Shown in pieces: positions 40,045 to 50,766 of a DNA stretch of 64,000 bases; positions within the stretch are counted from its first letter, which is position 1, and every line of letters starts with the position of its first letter. The stretch comes from Eledone cirrhosa (taxonomy: Eukaryota), in assembly GCA_964016885.1 (NCBI GenBank), contig OZ024742.1, positions 14,818,001 through 14,882,000 on the forward strand. Direction: 5' to 3'. The position numbers were made by a program, and so were the translations under genes. The notes below the pieces were generated by a model. The model was not told the origin of the DNA. It ran no database searches and worked only from the letters and a program-made list of their open reading frames with translations.

Positions 40045-40254
40045 ATTAACACTTAGAATTTAATATTCTATCATACTATTTCATTATAATACCATTATAA
40101 ATTTTAAAGGATTGTAAATAAAACGAGTAAATCAGACAAAGTTGGAATTTCTCTTATTAATATAATCTTCTATACACAATCATACACACCCGTGTATATT
40201 TATCTATCTATATATATATACAAGTTAATATAAATTAATATGATAAACACATAA

Positions 40255-42442
40255 AACAGAGGTATTCAAGATTGCGAGGCAGTGTGTCAGAGATAGTTGT
40301 GATGTCATTGGAGAGAAGTGTATCCGGAATGATAAAGGTGAGCTTGCCCTCACAAGTGCTGAGAAGAAAGATGCATGGAAGAGTCATTATGATAGATTAC
40401 TAAATGAGGAGAATGCATGGGAAGAAGAGACCCTACCCCACGTAGACCCTATAGAGGGACCAGCAGTACAAGTCAGCGGCAGCGTAGTAAGTAAGGCAAT
40501 CAGAGATATGAAGATAGGGAAGGCAACCGGTCCATCGGGTATAGCTGCCGAGATGCTGAAGGCATCTGGGTCTGTAGGTCACACTATAACCACACGTATT
40601 GTTAACCAGGTAATACTAGAGGGGGCCATACCAAAAGATTGGTGCAGTAGCATCATTGTCAACTGCTACAAAGGTAAAGGCGATGCACTAGATAGAGGAA
40701 ACTATAGAGGTATAAAGTTGATGGACCAGGTCATGAAAGTAACAGAAAGAGTTATAGCACAGCTGATTAGGGACCGGGTGAATATAGACGAGATGCAATT
40801 TGGGTTTGTACCAGGGAAAGGCACCACTGATGCGCTCTTCCTTGTGAGGCAATTACAGGAAAAGTACCTAGCTAAAAGTAAGCCACTCTACTTGGCATTT
40901 GTCGACCTTGAGAAAGCCTTTGACAGAGTTCCACGTGCAGTAATCTGGTGGGCTCTTAGAAAACTAGGAGTAGATGAATGGCTTGTGAAAGCGGTACAAG
41001 CCATGTATAGGGGAGCAGTCAGCAAAGTTAGGATTGGCAATGAGTATAGCGAGGAATTTAGCGTACAGGTTGGGGTCCACCAGGGCTCTGTTCTTAGCCC
41101 TCTCCTGTTCATCATAGTCCTGCAGGCAATAACGGAGGAGTTTAAGACCGGATGCCCATGGGAACTCCTGTATGCTGATGACCTCGCACTCATAGCTGAA
41201 TCTATGGTAGAACTAGAGAATAAATTCCAAACCTGGAAGCAGGGACTAGAGAGAAAGGGCCTCAAAGTCAACATGACAAAGACTAAGGTCCTTATAAGTA
41301 GACGAGAAAACAGAACCCAGATCCCCTCAGGGAAATGGCCTTGCTCAGTATGTAGGAAAGGTGTAGGTAGGAACTCCATTCTTTGCCCCAAATGCAAACA
41401 ATGGGTACACAAGAGATGTAGCGGGATCTCAGGAAGCTTAATTAAGAATGTAGGATTCACATGCAGCAGCTGTGCTGAAACAGCAAGCAAACAGCCACAG
41501 GAAACAAGTACCACCAATCTCTGGGAGGGCCCTGTAGAAACAGTAGACAGCTTCTGCTACCTAGGTGACCGAATTAGCAACGGAGGTGGGTGCTCAGAAA
41601 GTACAATAACTAGGGTAAGAACGGGATGGAAGAAGTTTAGGGAACTACTACCACTGCTAGCTGCAAAAGGCTTCTCCCTCAGAATGAAAGGCAGACTGTA
41701 TGATGCGTGTATCCGAACAGCGATGTTGCATGGTAGTGAGACCTGGGCGCTGAAGGTGGAAGACTTACGTAGATTAGAGAGAAACGAAGCCTGCATGCTC
41801 CGATGGATGTGTAACAGTAATATACGTGAACGACAAAGCATAAATGAATTGAGAGAGAGACTGAGCATAAGAGGAATCAAATGCTGCGTGCAGGAGAGGC
41901 GGTTACGCTGGTATGGACATGTGATGCGTATGAAGGATGACAGCTGCATAAAAAGGTGCAGAGCACTAGAAGTTGATGGAAACCGCGGAGTGGGGAGACC
42001 CAAGATGACTTGGGATGAGGTGATAAAAGCCGACCTTACCCAACTACACCTCTCAAAGTCAATGACACACGACCGTGACTTCTGGCGTCACGCAGTAATA
42101 CAGGGTACCCGACCTCCCATGGGTACATGCTGAAGCATATAAACAATATGCCCCCCCCCCCCCCCCCACCGCAAGGTGGTCGTGGAGGTGCCACGGCAAA
42201 AAAGCACCCAGCCCACACTGTAAAGTGGACGTGTAGGCGCCACGAAAAAGCACCCAGCACTCACTGTAAATGAGGTTGGTGTTAGGAAGGGCATCCAGCT
42301 GTAGAAATCAAGCCAGATCAGTTCCTGTATGAGCAAGGCATGGTCAGCCGACCAGACACTGCCCACAACAGGACAACCCGTCTAACCCATGCTAGCGTGG
42401 AAGAACGGACGTAAAACGGTGATGATGATGATGATGATGATG
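40255..42442 (+). mobile_element. Young 5'-truncated RTE LINE with uninterrupted RT ORF
   Basis: Open frame from ~40262 to TGA 42133 (HQGSVLSP, LYADD, YLG, C-x2-C...H-x2-C finger), 3' UTR, (GAT)n tail, TSD ACATAA at 40249-40254 and 42443-42448. Confidence 0.95.
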
Positions 42443-42955
42443 ACATAAGTGTTTGTATTGTAAATGACCAAGTTAGCTAGAATGAAATATACTAATTAAA
42501 ATAAATATAGTTTGCCTGTCTCGATTTAAAATAATAAATCAATAAAAACAAACCCATACTGGCAATAACCGTGATACCTGGACAAATTTAAATTTCAAAA
42601 TCCAAACCTGTTCCGCAGACAAATTTAAATTTCAAAACCCAAATAAGTTTCGCAATGATAGTATAAAAAAGTGAAAGATTCCAACCTCTGTGTTCATCAA
42701 CAGGTATCCAGAAAATTAGGATGTTTCATCTCGAAATATTTTTGGAGGTCTGGTGTACAAGCGCTAACGCACGTGGTTTTCCAGCTCACTAGCTATCCCC
42801 ATACTCATGGTGCTAGAAATAACAGCCGTTTATATGGGATTAAAATTTAGCTCAACAAAAGGAGCCGTAATACTATATTATATTTAGAATTATAAACTCA
42901 AACAGTCCTTTACAATTAATTAGCTCAAAGAAAGAAGCATTTCTGAGCCGTGAAA

Positions 42956-43103
42956 TACAAGTTAATATAAATTAATATATGATAAACACATAAGTGTTTG
43001 TATTGTAAATGACCAAGTTAGCTAGAATGAAATATACTAATTAAGATAAATATAGTTTGCCTGTCTCGATTTAAAATAATAAATCAATAAAAACAAACCC
43101 ATA
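42956..43103. repeat. Direct repeat equal to the uninterrupted RTE target site
   Basis: Matches 40219-40254 joined to 42449-42558. Confidence 0.88.
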
Positions 43104-43158
43104 AACTGTCAATGTAAAGTGGGTTTATATATTCAGAAAAATATGAGGTTGTTATGCA

Positions 43159-43192
<34 letters not shown>

Positions 43193-44254
43193 GGAATGAG
43201 TAGGACCCCGACGGCTGAGCTCAAGCTGTTTCGACGGCTAATTCTAGACTAAATGAAAATTTATCCTGGTATTTGAATAGCCGAGCTTCTCAAGGGGTAA
43301 TTCCATATATGGTCAAAGTGATTGTCACAGGGATTGGTCAAAAGTTAGTAGTTGAGACATAATAATTCTATGATGGCAAATTAGTGGGGGGAAGGGGTAG
43401 CTAAACCTGCCAGTAGGAGAAAGAGGGAGAGGGGGTGGAGGAGACCCATTCATGCGTTGATAGTGCCAGCTACAGCTGGGCGTGAGGTCAAAGAAGATAC
43501 TAGGGAGGGAGAGGAAGTCGAAACAGTAAGTAGAACAATGAGGGGTAAATATATAAAAAAATACCGAGTGTTAAAAAGCGATTAAATGTAAAAAAATAAA
43601 CAATTTCTGGTTACTACGACCTAAGTCTCTCACTATTGCTAGGCTAAAGAAATATACTAGGTGGGACGGAATAAAAAAGAGACCCTTTTAAGAGGTATAA
43701 GTACGTATATCGGAGGGGCCAAAATACTAAAGAGACTACCACAAAATAATTAATAAAAGTTTCTACCCCAGGCACAAGGCCAGCAACCACCCAGTGCAAA
43801 AAAGTAAACTAGTACAAAATAATAATTCAGAGTCCCGAAAAAGAATACTAATACTATCTCTAAGGGTACCGCCACGATACAAAAGTTCTAGTACAAGCTA
43901 CATGAAAGCTCGTACGAAGTAAAAGTAAAATACGGAAAATTAATTCAGAATCTGATTGCTATTTCTAGATTTTCATTTACTCTGACCTATATTGTGGTTA
44001 TTTGCTCAAAAGTCACCAGAGATATGTCAGTGGATTATTCTGAAACTAAGTACCTCTCTGTTTATTCTTCAAGCTATATTGATTACACAACATAAAATCC
44101 AAAGATTTCTTTTTGCATCTCTTTCTTAACAACTAAGAAATTTTTCTATAGAAAATACTTGCAGCTTTCAAACCTTTTGTCAACATGACCCATTTTTGGC
44201 AAATCAATATTCCTGTTTTAATTGTATGGATTCAGTAGAAAATATCTAAAACTG

Positions 44255-44494
44255 AGTTCACATTGCTCCAGTTTACTCAGCTGTAGAAATGAGATGATAG
44301 GGACTGGGGTCCCTATCATTCCACTGCAAAGTGGTTGTGGAGGTGCCACGGCAAAAAAGCACCCAGCACTCACTGTAAATGAGGTTGGTGTTAGGAAGGG
44401 CATCCAGATGTAGAAATCAAGCCAGAATCAGTTCCCGTCCCACCCTTGCAAGCAGGGAAAAGCGGACGTAAAAATGATGATGATGATGATGATG
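44255..44494 (+). mobile_element. Family B SINE (5'-truncated) with RTE-derived tail
   Basis: TTGCTCCAGTTTACTCAGCTGTAGAAATGAG body; tail CCCGTCCCACCCTTGCAAGCAGGGAAAAGCGGACGTAAAA(TGA)n. Confidence 0.88.
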
Positions 44495-45198
44495 AGTTTG
44501 CTAATTCAAATGTTAATAGTATTTTTACTAGTAGACAGATTGTTGTGAAAATTAGCAGTAAATTAAAGACTTTAATCTTTAACGATGCAGTCATAATGCA
44601 GTTTTGTACTTTTCAAGAATGTCTTGCAAATGAGTCATGTAGTTTGTTAATTCAAATATCTTTACTAGTGGACAGATTGTTGTGAAAATTAGCAGTCTAG
44701 CTGAGGCAATTGTGCCAATTTGACAATGCTGGTCTAGCTGAGGCAATTGAGCCAATTTGTTTTAGGTATAGCTTAGGCAATTGTGCCAATTTAACAATGT
44801 TTAGGTCTAGCTGCACCAATTTAACAATGCTGGTCTAGTTGAGGCAATTGTACCAATATAGCAGTATTTAGGTCTAGTTGTGACAGCCCAATTCTGGAGT
44901 GTAGGCCTATTTTGTCTGAAGCTTTAACAATAACAAACTAATGAAAGAATCTCAATACAGTCATTTGATTTGCTAAAAACAGCAGTTAATTTTCCCTTCA
45001 ATCTTATCCTACTGTAGCACTCTCTAGATAAGGGAAGTAGCTAGAGTTACATCCCGTTGAAATTCTAGAACATTCCTTAAACTTCCGTTCAAGGGATTAT
45101 AAAAGATAGAGCAAAAAGCATTCTTTCTCTCTTTCGTGGCTAACTCTTAAACTGACAACATCGAGCGCAAGCATGTTAAGCTTTTTCCAACCATATCT

Positions 45199-46362
45199 GG
45201 GAAATGGTCGTGCTCGGTATGTAGGAAAGGCGTAGGTAGAAACTCCATCTTATGTCCTAAATGCAAAGTATGGGTGCATAAAAGATGTAGTGGGATCACA
45301 GGTAAGCTAACTAAGAACATAGACTTTACATGTGGCCGATGTTCTGGTGCAATAAGTAGCAGCAAGTGCCCACAAAATACTAGCTCTTTCAATTGCGCAG
45401 AGGGTTCTATAGAAATAGTGGACAGCTTCCGTTTCCTGGGCGATAAAATCAGCAGTGGGGGAGGGTGCTCTGAAAGTACTGTAGCTAGAGTCAGAACTGG
45501 TTGGAAAAAGTTCAGAGAGCTTATACCACTATTAGCTGCTAAAGGGTTCTCCCTAAAAATGAAAGGCAGGTTGTACGATGCCTGCATACGAACAGCAATG
45601 TTGCATGGTAGTGAGACCTGGGCATTGTGTGCAGAGGATATACGCAGACTAGAGAGGAACGAAGCTTGCATGCTCCGCTGGATGTGTAACAGTAATATAC
45701 GTGAACGGCAAAGCATAAACGAACTAAGGAAAAAATTAGAGATAAGAGGGATCAGATGTTGTTTACTCGAGAGAAGGCTGCGTTGGTATGGACACGTGAT
45801 GCGCATGAAAGTCGATAGCTGTATTACAAAGTGCAGGGCAATAAAGATAGACGGTAGCCACGGAATAGGCAGACCTAGAAAAACATGGGATGAGCTGATA
45901 AACTCCAACCTCATACACTTACACCTCTCCAAGACAATGTCACTGGACCGTGACCTTTGGCGGTACTCAGTAACAGAGAAGACCCGCCTTGCCAGTAGGC
46001 ATCTCTAACAAACTACACCCCGTCCCGCCACCACCCCCACCCCATCCACACCACCCCGTTCCATGTAAAGTTATGTTGGTGCCGCGCCATCCAGGCCGAA
46101 ACAAACGAGATCGTGTAGGTGTCACGACAAAAAAACACACAGTCCACGCTGTAATGTGGCCGTGTAGGCAACACGGTAAAAACCTCCCAGACCCACACTG
46201 TAAATGTGGTTGGTGTTAGGAAGGGCATCCAACTGTAGAAAACCTGCCAGACAGTCCTATGCGAGCAAGACAATCACTCTTGCCTCAAGTGGGACTACCC
46301 CCGTCCAAACCCATGCAAGCGTGGAACACGGACGTTAAACGTTGATGATGATGATGATGATG
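45199..46362 (+). mobile_element. 5'-truncated RTE LINE inserted in the 5' LTR
   Basis: GKW.CSVCRKG...RRLRWYGHV, 3' UTR, (GAT)n tail, ATCT on both sides. Confidence 0.92.
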
Positions 46363-47119
46363 ATCTTATAATTCAGGATTATACCTTGTCATGCCACGAG
46401 GTACGTTTGTAATACACGGACTACAATAAATGCAAGTTATTTTGATACTCGTTTTGAGAAACACTTCATGCCTCAGTTATTACTTCGAATGTAGAGCGAG
46501 ATAATTCTCACAAAAAGAAATTGTATGAAAGTTCTTCCATATCTTCTTTCCACTTATCCATTTATCCAAACAAATCCATTTATTCACCATGGCCTAAAAG
46601 TGGTGACAAATATTTTCATGCACTATTACAATTTATTGCTAAACAACTCCACTAAAATGGTAAACCCAACAACGACACAGAAAAGAATTGTTTTCGACTC
46701 TAGGAAGTTCGTTTTATCTCAGTCAGTTCGTGTGGGGCGAAAAAAAAAAAAAATTGAAGAAGCAAATCGCCATGTTGACAGCATATTTCACCAAAAGGAG
46801 AAAAAAAAAAAAAATGTCCCTCGTGTCATTGGTTCAACTAAGCTTTCGTTTTCTTGAAGTTGCCATCTTATTTGCTCGATGCTATATTTTCACTTCAGCT
46901 ATTCATGGTACTACCACGTGTGCGCTAGTTAAAAAAAAAAAAAAAAAAAAAAGGGAATTTTCTCGAGAGCCTACTTCGACAGATTCACTCTTCGGTTCTT
47001 CTGCTTTCTAAACCCAGCCTGCTTCATGTCGTCAGGACTCAATGTTGAGAGCCATTGATGTGTTAACTACATCATCATCAACATCTATCCCAGTTATTTC
47101 AAGGTTTTCAATCGTACCA

Positions 47120-48200
47120 AGTCAGAATCAACCCAGCAAAATGTGTTTGGGACAGCTTCACTGGAATTCCTTGGACATCTTATAGATTCAGAAGGCATTC
47201 AAGCTCTGCCATCTAAGGTGGAAGCGATTCAGCGTATCGCATCCCCCCCTCCCACCTCCCTGAAACAATTACGTCATTTCTTGGGATTAATTAACTTTTA
47301 TCGTTGCTTCATTCCTAACTGTGCGGACAAGTTGTTTCCCTTGACAGTTTTTAAAGGCTGTGAAAAAGAAAGATGCTCCTATTTCACTTTCTGCCGATGC
47401 CTTGCAGTCTTTTGAATTCGTCAAGTCCGAGATAGCTGAAGTCTCCTTCCTCGCCCATCCTGTTGCAAACGCGAGGCTTTCTTTAACTGTTGATACATCC
47501 AATCATGCTGTTGGAGCAGTTTTGCAACATACGATCGACCACCAGGTTCAACCACTGGCATTTTTCTCACGCCAACTTAAACCAACGGAACAGAGATACA
47601 GCACCTTTGACAGAGAGCTTTTGGCAGTTTATCTTGCCGTGAAACACTTCCACCATTTTTTGGAAGGGCGGGAGTTCACGATATTCACGGACCATAAACC
47701 GCTAACATTCGCTCTCCAATCCAAGTCCGACAGGTACTCTCCGAGAGCATATAGACATTTGGATCTCATCTCCCAGTACACCAGTGACATTCGTCATATA
47801 GCCGGAGCTGCCAACATACCCACGGACGCACTATCTCGACTTTCTGTGTGTTCTCTTGCGTCTCCTGCACATATCGATTTGGTTGCCATGGCAACTGACC
47901 AACTTACTTTGGATTCGTTGGACATTTCATCTGACCAGTTCTCCTGCTGCAAATTGGAATATTCACCTCTTCCATCTTCTGAAGGGAAAATTCTCTGCAA
48001 TATTTCTACTGGTTCACCCAGATTGCCATCAACGTACCGTTTTTGATGCACTTCATTTCTTGTCGCATCCCAGCATAGCTGCCACGGTGAAGCTCGTCAC
48101 GGCCCAATTTTTCTGGCCAAATATGCGTCCTTCAATCACCGGTTGGGCACGTTCTTTCCAAGATTTATCGGCATGTTCGCGATCCTCTTAGCAAATTCAG
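47120..48200 (+). pseudogene. Gypsy pol remnant: RT C-terminus, RNase H, integrase Zn-finger start
   Basis: LEFLGHLI, LRHFLGLINFYR, VDTSNHAVGAVL, FFSRQLKPTEQRYSTFDRELLA, FTDHKPL, LH..SHP...FFWPNM; frameshifted. Confidence 0.92.
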
Positions 48201-48663
48201 CCCGCCGGACGCCCGCTTACGTCACCCTACAATGGACCTTTTCGTGTGCTTTCGCACACACCAAAAACTATATACATTTAACCCCTAGTGGCATTAACAG
48301 ACTTCTTTTTCAGTCTGTACACTAGTGATGTATGAACTATTTGATTTTGAAGCAACTTTGAACTTACCATTGAGCATTAATTTTCTCTGCTCCATTATAT
48401 TAACTTTGAATTATCAGTTTGTTGCATTTACTTGTTTTGTGCTTTTTTGATATTTGCTTCAGTTGCGAGCTCATGTTTTATTCATGCACTTTCTTGTATC
48501 TTTTGCTTTGCTCCTCATTTCTTGCGGGTTCTGGCTACAATGACTTTCGGTTGGTTATTCGACTTCTCTTCTGAGAGGGGAGTTTTGTAGCGCTCTCTAG
48601 ACAAGGGAAGTAGCTAGAGTTACTTCCCGTTGAAATTCTAGAACATTCCTTAAACTTCGTTCA

Positions 48664-49003
48664 TCATCATCATCATCATTTTACGTCCGCTTTTCCCTGC
48701 TTGCAAGAGTGGGACGGGAACTGATTCTGGCTTGATTTCTACAGCTGGATGCCCTTCCTAACACCAACCTCATTTACAGTGAGTGCTGGGTGCTTTTTTG
48801 CCGTGGCACCGACATGTCCACTTTGCAGTGGAATGATAGGGACACCAGCCCCTATCATCTCATTTCTACAGCTGAGTAAACTGGAGCAATGTGAAATAAA
48901 GTGTCTTGCTCAAGGAAACAACACATCACCCGGTCTGAGAATTGAACTCACAACCTTTCGATTGCAAGGCCAATGCTCTAACCGCTAAGCCATATGCCTC
49001 CAT
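48664..49003 (-). mobile_element. Full-length family B SINE inserted in the 3' LTR
   Basis: tRNA head TGGCTTAGCGGTTAGAGC...GAGTTCAATTC, RTE tail with (TGA)n, TSD GTTCA (48659-48663 and 49004-49008). Confidence 0.92.
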
Positions 49004-49770
49004 GTTCAAGGGATTATAAAAGATAGAGAAAAAAGCGTTCTTTCTCTCTTTCGTGACAAACTCTTAAACTGACAACATCGAGCGCAAGCATGTTAAGCTT
49101 TTTCCAACCACATCTTATAATTCAGGATTATACCTTGTCATGCCACGAGGTACATTTGGTTACCACATTTGTAATACACGGACTACAATAAATGCAAGTT
49201 ATTTTGATACTCGTTTTGAGAAACTCTTCATGCCTCAGTTATTACTTCGAATGTAGGGAGAGATAATTCTCACAAAAAAGAAATTGTATGAAAGTTCTTC
49301 TATATCTTCTTTCTATTAAAAATGAGTAGTTGGGATCCGGTGGTACTTACTGGAGTTAATAACCCTGGGACCAACTCCCTAAACTACTATACAAAAAGAC
49401 AGGACACACTGGATAATGTGATCTGACATATACTATGTCTGAAAAGAAAAAAATATTTTCTGCTCATGGAAGTTCTGTCTGATAGGTGTCTAATTATAGG
49501 TGTGTCTGATGAGAGCTCTGTCTGATGATAGATGTATCTTATGATAGGACTGTATGATGATAGATGTGTCTGATGATAAGTCTGTCTCCTGATAGGAGTG
49601 TCTGATGATAGGTCTGTCTTATTCTTATGATAGAACTGTCTGATGATAGGTCTGTCTCATGATAGGGCTATCTCATGATAGGAGTGTCTGATGATAGGTA
49701 TGTCTGATGACAAGCTAAAGTTAAACAACACATCAACACGATGTTACATTGATCTATTTATTAGATAAAC

Positions 49771-49961
49771 TCATTCCTTTAACTGATTCATTAGTTGATC
49801 CTTTCTTTTCTTCCGTCTCATGGTCTTTCGTCGTTTTCTTTCAATTAAATTTGTTTTCTTGATTTCATTCACATCTTTAATGATGATATTTTTGTTCTTT
49901 TTCTTCTGCTTCTCTGAGACTTTCTGCCGCTGAAGTTCATTAATGGCACTTGAAGAATCAC
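49771..49961 (-). CDS. DDX24: DDX24-like helicase, last coding exon (basic Lys/Arg tail)
   Basis: TTCAG acceptor at 49962-49963; phase matches the upstream exon (C+GT=R DSSSAINELQ...RKRRKTMRRKKRK...KE*); minus-strand AATAAA at 49757-49762. Confidence 0.8.
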
Positions 49962-50064
49962 CTGAACATAAAAACAAACAACATTGAAGAATTTTTTTAA
50001 TTAAGAAGAATTCCTGAACTTGTTGAGATTTTTTTATAGAGAAATTCTACTCGAATCATCATCA

Positions 50065-50550
50065 CTGTATCTTTATTAGTAGACAGATTTTTGTGAAAAT
50101 TTACAGTATTACAGTAAAGACTTTAATATTCAATGTGATGCAGTCATAGTGAAGTTTTGTATTAAATGTTTATAGTATCTTTACTAGTAGACAGATTATT
50201 GGGAAACATTTGTAGTATTAAAGTGAAGACTTTAATATCTAATATGATGCAGTCATAGTGTTGTTTTGTACTTTCTAAGAATGTCTTGCTAATGAGGTTT
50301 CATATGGTTTGTTAATTCAAATGATTTTTAGTATCTTTACTAGTAAACAAATTGTGGAAATTTTCAGTATTACAATAAAGACTTTAATATTCAATATGAT
50401 GCAGTCATAGTGATATTTTGTACTAAATGTTTATAGTATCTTTACTAGTAGACAGATTGTTGTGGAAATTTGCAGTATTACAGTAAAGACTTTAATATTT
50501 AATGTGATACAGTCAAAATATTATGTTGTACTTTTCATGAATGTCTTACT
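50065..50550. repeat. Degenerate tandem repeat, ~110-155-bp units, 4 copies; related copies at ~44515-44695
   Basis: GTATCTTTACTAGTAGACAGATT...AAAGACTTTAATATT...GATGCAGTCATAGTG recurs. Confidence 0.8.
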
Positions 50551-50605
50551 AATGTGGTACAGGATATTAAGGGTTAAAAACAATTGAAATATTAAATCAA
50601 CTTAC

Positions 50606-50766
50606 GAATTTCTTTTGGATGGTGAAGTTTGCCCAATTTCGTTGGATACTTGGTCACAAATTTCTTAGAAGTTAATTTTGTTTTCAACATCATCTGTAAC
50701 TGCATTTTCATAGATGTTATTTTACGTTGTAGGTCAGCTTGGTCTTTTGAGTCACCAAGATCATAT
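50606..50766 (-). CDS. DDX24: DDX24-like helicase exon
   Basis: YDLGDSKDQADLQRKITSMKMQLQMMLK...VTKYPTKLGK matches the DDX24 C-terminal TKYPT motif; CCCAG acceptor and GTAAGT donor. Confidence 0.88.

Larger units (their letters stand above)
39775..40163. repeat. Near-perfect ~390-bp palindrome centred at 39969
   Basis: TTTTCAAC-T-GTTGAAAA centre; arms complementary with about 2 mismatches. Confidence 0.95.
45013..49383 (+). mobile_element. Internally deleted Gypsy/Ty3 LTR retrotransposon
   Basis: LTRs start TGTAGC at 45013 and 48586. Polypurine tract GAGAGGGGAG at 48573. TGGTGAC PBS-like site at ~46601. Possible TSD CTAC (45009-45012 and 49384-49387); the 3' boundary is uncertain. Confidence 0.85.

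Noticed and set aside
48925-49003. tRNA gene (also 62786-62860)
   Set aside because: tRNA-like head continuous with a SINE body; the 48664-49003 copy also has a tail and TSD.
49475-49710. Repeated CTGATGA as hammerhead cores or C/D boxes
   Set aside because: Degenerate ~15-bp tandem repeat with no GAAA partner or stems.
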